The position numbers were made by a program, and so were the translations under genes. A stretch of 63,258 nt of DNA, counting the filler, from Octopus bimaculoides (Eukaryota), in NCBI RefSeq assembly GCF_001194135.2. It is 5 parts of 5 records of this genome, joined end to end, with 100 filler letters (N's around TTAATTAATTAA, not from the genome) between each part and the next. Parts side by side here need not be neighbours in the genome. Positions count along the whole stretch, not along the records: positions 31,581 to 55,736 come from NC_068992.1; 4 more parts are not named here. One strand, given 5' to 3'. Positions 37,154-49,827 of the stretch are shown one piece after another. Under the pieces are notes generated by a model. That model saw only the letters and a list, made by a program, of their open reading frames with translations. It did not search any database and was not told the DNA's origin. Every line of letters begins with the position of its first letter. The stretch's first letter is position 1.

Positions 37154-39980
37154 TATCATCATCATCATCATCATTATCATCATCATCATCATTATCATTT
37201 TGCATCTGTTTTTCATGCCAGCATGGGTTGGATAGTTTGACAAGAGCTGGCAGGCTGGAGAGATGCTCAAGCTCCATTGTGCCTGATTTGGCATGGTTTC
37301 TACAATTGGATGCCATTCAACATGGTGCTAGCACAGGTGCTTTTTACATGGAGCTGGCGTGAGTACTGTTTACAAGGCACTGACACATGCTGAAAAGGAC
37401 CTGCCTATTGGCATGGATAGCCACAGTTTTACTTAGCTTGACATGTCTTCTCAAATGCAACAAATGGTTGCAAATCAAAGTGCTGGATCAAAATTTCTTC
37501 ATTCTTCTGAGCACCATCACTGCATGCCTGCTTCTGAAGTTGATATCTGCCTCAGAACCCCACTTTTTGTACTGTGAAATACTGTGGAGCAGTGCATTGA
37601 ATTCCTGCATGGGTTAGTCCTACAAGCCCATGAAACTTTATTCATATGGAGCTGAGTCAAACTGTTATTAAATAATTTATGTAACTCCTATCAAATGTGT
37701 TCAGTGCCACTTTCTTTTATTTGTCCTATTATTTGTGTGTGAGCATATGCATACAGACAGACAGACAGAGACAGAAAATGTGTTTTCTGATCATGGCTTC
37801 TTTTTAGTTCCTCTGTTTTCTCCTTTATATCTTATCACTAAACAGAAATTGTGGTCTTTCATCAAGATATTCTCTGAATGAATACATATTTAAATCAAAA
37901 CCACTTAACTATTCATGGCTGTTGCTTTCTCATAGCTTTTTTGCTTTTGTTTTTTTAAACACAAACGATTTTTCTTCTCTTTTATAATTAAGCCTTTCCT
38001 CCACTTCTCATAACATGCCTAACACGTTTTTGAACATAAAAACTATTTAAAACAGATTATCAGCTAAACATCGTAATATTTGTTTTTATATCTTCCATAT
38101 TTTCCCCCTTTACGAAAATATTAAATAATTAGGAAGTTTTTTTTAGAAAATTGTATGTCACCCACCATAACTTTTATACACACTGACAAAAATATGCAAA
38201 AATGGTGAGCCTAATTCACTTTGCCATAGATGTATGTCAGGGGAGATAACTTTACTACTACAACCAAGAAATTTTATTTTACTTAATCTAGAGGAAGGAC
38301 AGTGCTTCTCAAACTATCTGACGTGGCTTACTGGCAGTTTTTTTTTTTTTTTTTTACCAATATGCCAGGGACCAGTAATATTTCTTAGTTATATTAATTT
38401 ATACTGGAAACAATATATATAATGAAGATAATAAAAGTTGACACTTTTTTTATCTTATATTTATTTTGGAAACAAATAATACAATATTACATAGCACTGT
38501 TGTAGAGTCTCTAAAATACTTGGAGGAAACCAGAAAGAAATCTTGTCACATTGGTTCAAATATCAATCAAAGAGTGGATGCTACTAAAAGTACCAATCCC
38601 TTCAACAAGCTTCAAAATAATTTCTCTCCATCCCACTTCACTTAAACAGCTTGGATTAACATAAAGCCTGAGAGTAAGGTGAATATACTTGTTTAAGGTA
38701 CTGTACAGTAGATTTAAATCCAGAATCACTTGGTTTTGTTTGAAAATTTGTTTAAATTTCTGAAACACATGACCTTGACTATACCTATCTCGAAATATTG
38801 TCAATGCATTGCCATGTGGCAAAATATTTTAGAGAAACATTAACACTGTAAATAGAATATGTTTTCTTTAATTAAACATTATTTTACGAAAATTAGATTC
38901 TTTCATACTGAGTTTCCTTTGAATGTAAAAGGTGTTTCTTTTGAACATATACTTCATGCCTTCATCTATGGTAGATTTTTTCTGTAGGCTCCAACTTAAC
39001 TCAAGGAATTATAAAGAATACATGATTTGAAAGATATTTATAAAAGTCTATTATTCTGTCAGGAGTTGTCCTCCACCTTGAATATTTCAAAGTCTTTTCA
39101 GACTTAAGATTAATTGGAATTATTTTTACTATTTTTTATATGTTTGTTTTTAATAAATAAAAATAAAAAGTATGCACTTATGTAAAATTTAACAACTTTC
39201 ACCCCACCATCAGTTCCTGAAGTGCACAGGGAGAATAAACATGAAAAACACACAAAAAAGAGATTTCCCTAAATGCCCAAGAGGATCCTTAGTGGTAGTA
39301 GATAGTTTCTATTTTTTAATGACTGGAATTAAACAGTGGAGGAAGATGCTTTGAAAACATAGCTGCTAGAATAGGAAACTAGCTAGAGAGAGTTCAGAGA
39401 GCTATTACTTCTATTAGGGTGAAAAGCAGAGTGTATGCTGCTTGCATATGAACTGCAATGCTACATGGAAAGATCTATATTAAGAATATTATTGCAAAAA
39501 CACATTCAAAATGAGATAATTCAAGAACAGAGCAGAATACCAAAAGCACATGTTCTACTGGGTTAGACATGTCACATAGTGCATGAAAACAGGTGAACCC
39601 ATACAAATGCAAAGTGGTATCCAAAAGATCAGAAAAGGCTACTCATAATGACCATGATGATAGGAAGACAGTTTAGTTAGAAAATTGGGCTAAGTTGGAC
39701 AAAAAGAGTCATCAAGAAAGAAAGAACATACAGTTTTCTGATCGACACATACATATACCATAATTAATTAATTAATTAATTAATTAATTTAGCAAAGACC
39801 AAAGTACTAGTTATCAATAAAGCAGACAAATTACTAATCCTTTCAGTGAAATGGCCCTACTCAATAAGTAGAAAAGGTGTAAGTAGAAATTCCATACAGT
39901 GTACTCAGTGCAAGCTATGGACATATAAGAAGTGCGGATGTGCAGGTACAATAAACATTAAGAACACAAAGGAAAAGATT

Positions 39981-40453
39981 TTCTCAAATGTCCTTGGTGT
40001 TTGATCTTGATAGCCTTTCGTAACTGCTTCAGCATGTTACCATAGTACTCTCCATTGATGGTGTGGCTCTTTTGAGGATAGTTAATAAACACAATGCTTT
40101 TGCATCCTAAAAAATTGAGGCCGTCTCCTTCCAAGCATATGAAATGACCTTGGCCTTCTTTGGAGCAGGTGAGGAAAAGTGCATGGATTGTCTCTTTGTC
40201 TCTAGCTCAAAGTGATCAAGCCAACACACATAAGGAAGCCAGCTGGATCTGCCTCAAACCATGTGGTGCGCCTTTGATCAGGTGTCAGAAGACGTAACAC
40301 TCAGCGAGTAGGAACGTTCGTCATGTCAAATTCATTGTGCAGAATATTCTCAACTCTTTCACAAAATATGCTAACCGCATTGACCATTTGATATATAGTC
40401 AATCGCCTGTCATCCATTAGCTTGTGATGAACGCGATCAATGTTTATCTTCGT
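39981..40453 (-). mobile_element. mariner transposase relic
   Basis: NIDRVHHKLMDDRRLTI...ILHNEFDMTNVPTR*VLRLLTPDQR...ETKRQSM...PAPKKAKV...IVFINY..KSHTINGEYYGNMLKQLRKAIKIK. Confidence 0.85.
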
Positions 40454-41476
40454 GCAGGCACACAATCATCCAAATTTGAATACCCCTTCCCCGCATAGAT
40501 TGAAAGCCCCGTCACGGCGCTCTTTCAACTTCTCTCTTTCGCTCTANNNNNNNNNNNNNNNNNNNNNNNNNNNNNNNNNNNNNNNNNNNNNNNNNNNNNN
40601 NNNNNNNNNNNNNNNNNNNNNNNNNNNNNNNNNNNNNNNNNNNNNNNNNNNNNNNNNNNNNNNNNNNNNNNNNNNNNNNNNNNNNNNNNNNNNNNNNNNN
40701 NNNNNNNNNNNNNNNNNNNNNNNNNNNNNNNNNNNNNNNNNNNNNNNNNNNNNNNNNNNNNNNNNNNNNNNNNNNNNNNNNNNNNNNNNNNNNNNNNNNN
40801 NNNNNNNNNNNNNNNNNNNNNNNNNNNNNNNNNNNNNNNNNNNNNNNNNNNNNNNNNNNNNNNNNNNNNNNNNNNNNNNNNNNNNNNNNNNNNNNNNNNN
40901 NNNNNNNNNNNNNNNNNNNNNNNNNNNNNNNNNNNNNNNNNNNNNNNNNNNNNNNNNNNNNNNNNNNNNNNNNNNNNNNNNNNNNNNNNNNNNNNNNNNN
41001 NNNNNNNNNNNNNNNNNNNNNNNNNNNNNNNNNNNNNNNNNNNNNNNNNNNNNNNNNNNNNNNNNNNNNNNNNNNNNNNNNNNNNNNNNNNNNNNNNNNN
41101 NNNNNNNNNNNNNNNNNNNNNNNNNNNNNNNNNNNNNNNNNNNNNNNNNNNNNNNNNNNNNNNNNNNNNNNNNNNNNNNNNNNNNNNNNNNNNNNNNNNN
41201 NNNNNNNNNNNNNNNNNNNNNNNNNNNNNNNNNNNNNNNNNNNNNNNNNNNNNNNNNNNNNNNNNNNNNNNNNNNNNNNNNNNNNNNNNNNNNNNNNNNN
41301 NNNNNNNNNNNNNNCAGAACGTAGCGGCAGACGAAATACCGCTAAGCATTTCGCCCGGCGTGCTAACGTTTCTGCCAGTTCGCCGTGTGTGCCTATGCAT
41401 GCATGCATGCATGTATGTATGTATGTATGTATGTATGTATGTATGTGTATGCATCTGTATGTATGTATTCTGCATA

Positions 41477-42718
41477 TTCATGTGCTTGCATGTCCGTGTT
41501 TGTGTATTTTTATGTATGTGTGTGTGAGCGTGTGTTTGTATATGTATGCACCTGTGTCTCCTTGTGTGTGCATGTGTGTGTGTGTGTGTGTGTGTGTTTG
41601 TTTTGCAACTATGTATCATGTTTGTATGTATGGATGTGCATCTCCATATGTGGGGACACGTGTCTCCACATGTGTTCTTGTGTGAAGTAAAGTATGTGTG
41701 TGTATATATGGTCATGTGTTTCAGTCTCCATTTGAGTACGTGTGCTTGTCTGTTCATATGACCTATGTACCTATCCGGGCCATGGAGAACTAGTCCGTAT
41801 ATTTAGAAAAGCTCTGAATGAGACCAAACTCAACATTAAGATTGTTGAAAAGCCAGGGAACTCCGTCAGATCACAACTATGTAGGACGTACTCTTTGAGA
41901 ATACCATATGCACCAATGATAACTGCATAGTAGTTAGGATTAGCCCTGGCATTAACTGTAAAACTAGAAATGTAGTTTACAGCATAAGATGCATAGAAGA
42001 TGCTTGTAAAGACATGAACAGGACGTACAAAGGGAAGAGATCTAGGAGCATTGCGGAACGACTAAATGAACATCTGAGACAATATGACGACAAAAAACAG
42101 TCCTCCATACTCTGCCAGCATGGCAAAGACCACTATGGATGCAACTTGGGTCAACTGGACATCCGCATCTTATCCAAGCACCCAAAAGACCCAACACTCA
42201 GACAAATACGGGAGTACGTCCTTATAAATGAAACTTTCCCAATACTAAATAGGAAATATACATAGTAGATATCATACCTCCAAACCCACAGTTTACACAG
42301 GTTGAGTAGAATAATTTGTGGGCTGTTATGTTGGTAGATGTATGTATGTGTGTGTGTGTGTGTGTGGGGGGGTATATATGTGTATATGCACATGTATGTA
42401 AGCATATGGATATGAAAATAAACAGATCAACATACAGACGGATAGGTACATAGGTTATATGAACAGACAAGCACACATACGCAAATGGAGACTGAAACAC
42501 ATGACCATATATACACACACACTTTACTTCACACAAGGACACATATGGAGACACGTGTCCACACATATGGAGATGCACATCCATACATACAAACATGGTA
42601 CATAGTTACAAAACACACACAAGGAGACAGAAGTGCATATATTTACAAACACACGCTCACACACACACACATACATATACATAAAACATACACAAACACG
42701 GACATGTAAGCACATGAA
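41477..42718 (+). mobile_element. Penelope-like element 3' portion (GIY-YIG) flanked by ~300-bp inverted repeats
   Basis: 41780-42265 encodes PGHGELVRIFRK..KIVEKPG..NCKTRNVVYSIRC...YKG...RSIAERLNEH...HPKDPTLRQIRE..LINE. The arms at 41477-41777 and 42439-42718 are reverse complements. Confidence 0.9.
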
Positions 42719-42764
42719 GGAATGAATGATGTCAATGTTTGCTGTTCATATATGGTTTAAGATT

Positions 42765-42975
42765 GAGGGTGGCAAACTGGCACAATCGTATCCGCACCGG
42801 GCAAAATGCTTTGTGGTATTTTGCCCATCTTTACGTTCTGAGTTCAAATTCCGTTGAGATCGACTTTGCTTTTCATCCTTTCGGGGTCGACGAAGCAAGT
42901 TGATCACTGGGGTCGATGTAATCGCTTTATCACTCCCTAGAAATTGCTGGCCTTGTGCCAGATTTTGAAACTGAT
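42765..42975 (+). mobile_element. SINE (family B)
   Basis: Contains TTCTGAGTTCAAATTCC, the TTTCATCCTTTCGGGGTCGA core and a CTGGGGTCGATGTAATCG tail. Confidence 0.8.
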
Positions 42976-45759
42976 ATTTGGTTTAAGTGTTTAAGTGCTC
43001 TGCTCAGCTAGAGAGGATGTCGTTCTTCTCTGTGCGAGGCTGGGTGCCCTCTGGTGTTAGAACCGGTGCAGTGATACTAGTCTAGCCTTGAGATTTTCAT
43101 AGAAAGTCTTCATGTCATGTTTATCAGCAGCTGCTTGTAGTTCAGATGCTTTGTTCCCCCACTACATGTTCTTCATGGCTCTTAGTCTGATCTACAAGGC
43201 ATGTTTCGCTTGATGATACCTGACCTTAGTTCCTGCTAACTTGGACCAAAAAGATATTCCCGTTATCAGACTGGAGCAGACTGTTGATCAGATCACAGCA
43301 ATCAGGGGCGTCATATGCTTAAAGTTTACAGAAACAAAACTAAGCGTGTAAAGAAGTTCATTGTATCAATGCTCAAGGCACAAGAAAAGTGCACTGAACT
43401 AGGATAGACCTTGGATAAAGTTCTGGGCAATATGTCAGACGACACACTGAGTATTGAACAATATTAAAAGAGCTTAAAACAACTTACAAGACAGCAGTGG
43501 GGATTGTTGGTTTTGTCAAGTGCAAGCATCAAGAACAAGTTCAATAAGAATGATCAGACCATTGCAAGGGGTGAAACAAAGCGCAAAATGTTAAAAAAAT
43601 TATGCTAAAAATCGAACATCAAATAGATCGTGATGGTGAGATTAAAAGCCAAAGAAAAAGGTGAACTAGTGTACGCTCTACTAAGTAAATTGGAAGATAT
43701 AGGAAAACTGGGGTATATGTCTTATTAGAATGTTGGAAAGGGAGAAGAAAAGTAGACTTGTTTGAAAGAAGTGGTCCTTTTTCCTACAAGCAGAGAAAAG
43801 TGACAGCTGAGTGTGACAGTAGAAGCATCCGCAAGCATTAAGTGGCTGTCGATTGGTAGAAAGGGTAGAGAGAAGTGAGCGGTTCACTGGTGCGAATCAA
43901 AAGAAGAATAGTCAAAGAGTGGAGGTATGTGTTTGAGACGGCCACTGAGTATGCGCGCACGCGTATAAATGTGTATGGAAAGTAAAAGCGTTTATGTCCG
44001 TGTTCGTATGCCAGTGTGCGTGGCTGTATGTGGAGGAAGGGAAGAGAGGGGAGTGGAGAGCTAGAGGTGTACACACACACATACATACTTATATGTATAT
44101 AAATATCCACACATTCCTTCTCTCTCTCTCTCTCTCTCTCTCACGCGCGCGCGCAAACACAAATACACATCTACATGAAATTTGGAGTAATTCTCGATTC
44201 TTGAGAATATTTTTCCTTTTCACTTAGAGTTGACTTCAATTTCCANNNNNNNNNNNNNNNNNNNNNNNNNNNNNNNNNNNNNNNNNNNNNNNNNNNNNNN
44301 NNNNNNNNNNNNNNNNNNNNNNNNNNNNNNNNNNNNNNNNNNNNNTTTTGCAAGAAAGTAACTATTTTATCTAATTTTCCGATTATATAACAGAATATGC
44401 GGCGCATAGCTTGCATGTCTGAGAGTGCACGCCACTGATTTCTATGTGTTCCGTTAGAGGAGATAAGGTAGGACAACTATGTGCTGATAAACTCTATCGA
44501 ATAACAAGTAAGTGTCCGCAGCTGTTCTTCCTCTTCAAACAATCAAATGACTTTTTCTTTAATGAGATGCCAATTGTGAGAATTGTTGATCCTTCAGATC
44601 ACGCGCACACGCGCATGCACAGATAGATATACATACGTAAATGCACACATACATACATATATATGTGTATGTGTATATGTATCTGTGTGATTGTGTGTAT
44701 ATGTATCTGTGTGATTGTGTGTATATGTATCTGTGTGATATATATGTATATATGTATACATATATGTGTGTGCATATATACACACACATATGTAAATATA
44801 TATAGAGAAACTNNNNNNNNNNNNNNNNNNNNNNNNNNNNNNNNNNNNNNNNNNNNNNNNNNNNNNNNNNNNNNNNNNNNNNNNNNNNNNNNNNNNNNNN
44901 NNNNNNNNNNNNNNNNNNNNNNNNNNNNNNNNNNNNNNNNNNNNNNNNNNNNNNNNNNNNNNNNNNNNNNNNNNNNNNNNNNNNNNNNNNNNNNNNNNNN
45001 NNNNNNNNNNNNNNNNNNNNNNNNNNNNNNNNNNNNNNNNNNNNNNNNNNNNNNNNNNNNNNNNNNNNNNNNNNNNNNNNNNNNNNNNNNNNNNNNNNNN
45101 NNNNNNNNNNNNNNNNNNNNNNNNNNNNNNNNNNNNNNNNNNNNNNNNNNNNNNNNNNNNNNNNNNNNNNNNNNNNNNNNNNNNNNNNNNNNNNNNNNNN
45201 NNNNNNNNNNNNNNNNNNNNNNNNNNNNNNNNNNNNNNNNNNNNNNNNNNNNNNNNNNNNNNNNNNNNNNNNNNNNNNNNNNNNNNNNNNNNNNNNNNNN
45301 NNNNNNNNNNNNNNNNNNNNNNNNNNNNNNNNNNNNNNNNNNNNNNNNNNNNNNNNNNNNNNNNNNNNNNNNNNNNNNNNNNNNNNNNNNNNNNNNNNNN
45401 NNNNNNNNNNNNNNNNNNNNNNNNNNNNNNNNNNNNNNNNNNNNNNNNNNNNNNNNNNNNNNNNNNNNNNNNNNNNNNNNNNNNNNNNNNNNNNNNNNNN
45501 NNNNNNNNNNNNNNNNTATTGAGCAGCAGCTACTATATATCAATAATTCAATGTTTCTAAATTTAGCATTTTCAAGACATGTATGTTTGTATGTATGTAT
45601 GTATGTATGTATGTATGTATGTATGTGTGCATGCAAGTATATGCAATTGCATATAGATATGTTACACATTCACGCACACATGCGCGCGCGCACACACACA
45701 NNNNNNNNNNGAACAACAAGCAAGTGTGTTAGTTTAACGCTCGGGAAGAATGGAAAAGT

Positions 45760-45795
45760 CTTTTACGTTTCGAGCCTAAGTTCTTCGACAGAAAG
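45760..45795 (-). ncRNA. Degenerate minimal type-I hammerhead-like motif
   Basis: Minus strand: CUUU-CUGUCGA-A-GAAC-UUAG-GCUC-GAAACGU-A-AAAG. The core and stem II deviate from consensus. Confidence 0.4.
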
Positions 45796-45911
45796 GATTA
45801 AGAGGGAATAAAAGGAGAGAGAATGAAGAAAAATACGGAGAGCGAAAAAAAGTTTTTGTAGGAATTTCTTTCACAGAGGGGGAGATCAGGAAGAATGGTA
45901 ACAACAGACTG

Positions 45912-45958
<47 letters not shown>

Positions 45959-46819
45959 NNNNNNNNNNAGAGGATATACATACACACGTACATACCTCAG
46001 TCCATCCATGCATGCATCCATCCATCCAGCCGTCCATCCGTCCATACACCAGTATTCAAATATGTTCTGTTTTCAATATGTTCTCAATTCGTTAATCTCA
46101 TGTTCATTTGTTAATACTATCTTGCAATATTTAGTGTTTCTGCTGTCTTTCATTTTTATTACTATTGAGCAGCAGCTACTATATATCAATAATTCAATGT
46201 TTCTAAATTTAGCATTTTCAAGACATGTATGTTTGTATGTATGTATGTATGTATGTATGTATGTATGTATGTGTGCATGCAAGTATATGCAATTGCATAT
46301 AGATATGTTACACATTCACGCACACATGCGCGCGCGCACACACACACACGCGCGCGCGCGCGCGCGGAGTATTTTAGTACTAAGCAACTTCGTTGAATTC
46401 CTCCCTGACGCAAGTAAAGTTACTTCCCTTAGACCATTTTAAAAAGATTTCTTACGCATTTGACACGCTTCTTCTGGATACCTTTTAGCTTCGATGAAAG
46501 TATTTGATGTTTTGCATGAAGTGCCCGAGAGCAGGTGAAATGAAATGGAAATCGGGTTTAGATGCATGAAAAGAAGTTAACATGACAGTTAACCGCCGAG
46601 AAATATTTTGATTCTTATCAAGAACTACTATCATTATTTAACAGATTCGTTTGATAAAAATAAACAGCTGCCATCAAATTTGATTCTGTACATTATCCGA
46701 ATATAGATCTTAAAAACAAAAAAAATAATTAATTAAAAAATAAAAAGTTTTTGGTAGACCATGTTACGAGTGACAACTTAGCCAGCGTGTCAACGATTCT
46801 GCCAGCTCGCCACATGGAT

Positions 46820-46820
46820 A

Positions 46821-46884
<64 letters not shown>

Positions 46885-46897
46885 CAACAACAACAAT
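46820..46897. repeat. (AAT)n(AAC)n microsatellite
   Basis: Direct reading of the sequence. Confidence 0.95.
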
Positions 46898-46899
46898 AT

Positions 46900-49139
46900 A
46901 CCTACTGGAGGAGTTACTTCAATCCTATAAAATATTACCAAAAATGAAGTAGATTGACAAGCTTATTTTTTGAACCTGTTTAAGGCACGCTAGATGCCGA
47001 AATATCGTTTACTTGATAACCTGCCTAACAAAAATGTACAAAATATTAACATCTGTCTTGACTGAATATACTTGTAGTTCTTTAATAAAAAGTGGCAAAT
47101 TCCTTAATGAACAAAAAGGATGTAAATGTGGGACCATTGGTTGTAAAGATCAGCTACTCATCAATAAAACGATCTTGGAAGATTGTCATAAACGATACAA
47201 AAACTTGTTGATGGTCTAAGTAGACTATAAAAATGCTTTTGATAGTCTACCACACAGATGAATTAAGAAATGTCTGGAAATGTATAAAATCTCTGCGAAA
47301 CTTCTTGTCTGTAAGTATGAGACCACGGAAAACTACATTGACTTTGAACAGTGACAATGAATCTCTCAATGCTGGGGATGTAAGAATTTCATGTGGCATT
47401 TTTCCAGGATGACTGTCTGTCGTCACTCCTCTTTTATCTAGCCTTAATACCTCTCTCAAAATTGCTATAAAATGTTTAATAAAAATATAAATCATCTCTT
47501 TTACATGGATGATTTAAAGCTCTTTGCAAAAAATGACCAACAAATACAAGGCTTACTAGCGATTGTTCAGCAATTAATTGATGTCATCAGGATGCAATAT
47601 GACCTCGATAAATGTGCAAAAGCTACATTTATCAAAGGAAAAATGACAGAAACATCCAATGTTAATCTTGACCAGCAGAATGTCATAAAGGAGTTAGGAC
47701 CAGCGGAGAGCTACAAATACCTAGGAGTATTTGAAGGTGATGGAATCAAACATACAATGATGAGGGAAAGGATCAGAAAAGAATGTTATCGCAAGGTAAG
47801 AGCAATACTCAAGACAGAACAGAATGCAAGAAACAGGATCGAAGCGATCAATACTTTACAGCTTCAATATCATTAACTGGTCAATTACTGAAATATGTAA
47901 TCTTGACAGAAAAATACGAAAATTATTGACATTGTATAGAATGCACCACCCAAAGGCAGATATAGAACAACTTTGCCTGCCAAGAAAAGAGGCTGGCCGT
48001 GGACTTTGACAACTGGAACTAACAATGAAGATTGGCACAATTGGCCTAGACACCTACCTGAAAAACTCTGATGACTGGATGTTAAAACTTGTCTTAAAGC
48101 ATGAAAACAAGAAAGCATAATATTCAGTAACAAAACAGGCAAAGGAATATCTAAGTGAATTCAAAATGCTAAGCGTATGAAAACCCGTGCTAAAACTACT
48201 GCCTTAGATATTCTTACTGATAAATGGCAAGAAAAACCTCTCAATGGCAAATACCAAAGAGAACTAATAATGCCGATGTTGACAAAGCTCTTACCCATCA
48301 ATGGTTAGTGTCTGCTGGATTAAGATCAGAAACAGAATGGTTTATCATAGCAGCCCAAGGTCAATGCGTACCTACAAGGAACTACCAATCCAACATATTA
48401 AAGAAGAGCAGTAGCTGAACATGTCGTGTATGTAAACAGCAAAATGAAACCATTGATCATGTAGTCTCCATGTGTAGTCTTCTTGCACCTATAGAGTATC
48501 TCAACTGGCATGATAGAGCAGCACAGTATATATTCATTAGGTAATTTGAAAAAACCTGGACCTGTCCCACGATAAAAAAATGGTGGGAACACAAGCTACC
48601 TCTAGTGCTTGAGAATGATCACATCTCACTCCTCTGGAACTTCACCATTCAAACTGACAGAAAGATAGATGCGAATAGACCAGACATTATATTGAAAGAC
48701 TTCAGACAAAAATTATGCCTCCTCATTGATATGACTGTCCCAATCGATATAAACATATCTGTCAAGACCTACCAACATCTGAGCAAGTATAAAGATCTTG
48801 AAACAGAAATTAGCAAAATGTGGAACCTGACGACTAAAACAAAACCTGTTGTTATAGGTGCCCTAGGAATGACAGCAAAAGGGGCTGATTCCTGCCTAGC
48901 TCAGATACCAGGAAACCCCAAAATGGCAGAAATTCGAAAGATAGTGCTCATGGGAACTGCTCATATCCTATGTAAAATACTGTTTATGTAATCTCAAATT
49001 TTAAAACAAACTTTTAATTACCTACGTTTTTTTTATGACACCTTAGGCATAATACCAACTTGAACTTCTAACATGTCTCTTGATGTCTCTGGGTGAGACT
49101 TGGAGTCAACTCGTACAAAACAAAGCAAAAGTCAAACAT

Positions 49140-49172
<33 letters not shown>
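46900..49172 (+). mobile_element. R4/Dong-like non-LTR element (RT, CCHC, RLE), 5'-truncated and frameshifted, with a (CAA)n tail
   Basis: ITCLTKMYK, EQKGC...KDQLLIN, DYKNAFDS, INHLFYMDDLKLFA, YKYLG, CRVC...ETIDHVVSMC, RPDIIL...LIDMTVP...KYKDL and PVVIGALG...LMGTAHIL*. Confidence 0.92.
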
Positions 49173-49174
<2 letters not shown>

Positions 49175-49731
49175 TCCCTGATGCAGTACCAGGCAGTGAT
49201 TCTCATGGTTTTTGATCTTAACTCATTGGAAGTGTTATCATGTACATGTTTTGTCTTGGTAGATCGACTACAGCAAATATTCTGATCAGTAACACAGATT
49301 TGCTAGTCAGTTGCTTGACCTTAACCAGTTGAGCATGTCCCTTAGTGGCTAATGATATGTGCATCTCTGATCACAAGGAAGAGTTGTGGGGGAGTAACAT
49401 AACCATGTGTTGAGAGGAATTCTTTGGGGTTTGAATAATTCATTTTTGGAAACATAAGTGTTTTGTTCACCATTATTAGACAAACCTTATTTAGGGACGT
49501 TTTGAAAGGGATGAGCTACTCGATCTGAAGAAAATTCCCACTGGGCCCCACCTGCAAGGCCATGCACTCTTTATCTTGATATGAGATCACTGTATCACGC
49601 ACATATGGTTGTGATACATGTGCCTGGTGTACTCTTATCAGGTGTGTAGTCATGATGGGTGTATTCATATATTTACACCCGTGTTACTTTGATGGCATGC
49701 GCTGCTCTCTAACTCAATAATAATAATAACA

Positions 49732-49732
<1 letters not shown>

Positions 49733-49804
<72 letters not shown>

Positions 49805-49826
49805 CGATGATGATGATGATGATGAT
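49733..49826. repeat. (GAT)n microsatellite
   Basis: Direct reading of the sequence. Confidence 0.95.
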
Positions 49827-49827
49827 A

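Noticed and set aside
38556-38822. 88-aa minus-strand ORF
   Set aside because: No motif, no splice support, and ordinary AT-rich composition.
45518-46340. Identical ~180-bp duplication (45518-45700 and about 46161-46340)
   Set aside because: The first copy is a tiny contig between gaps; probably an assembly artefact.
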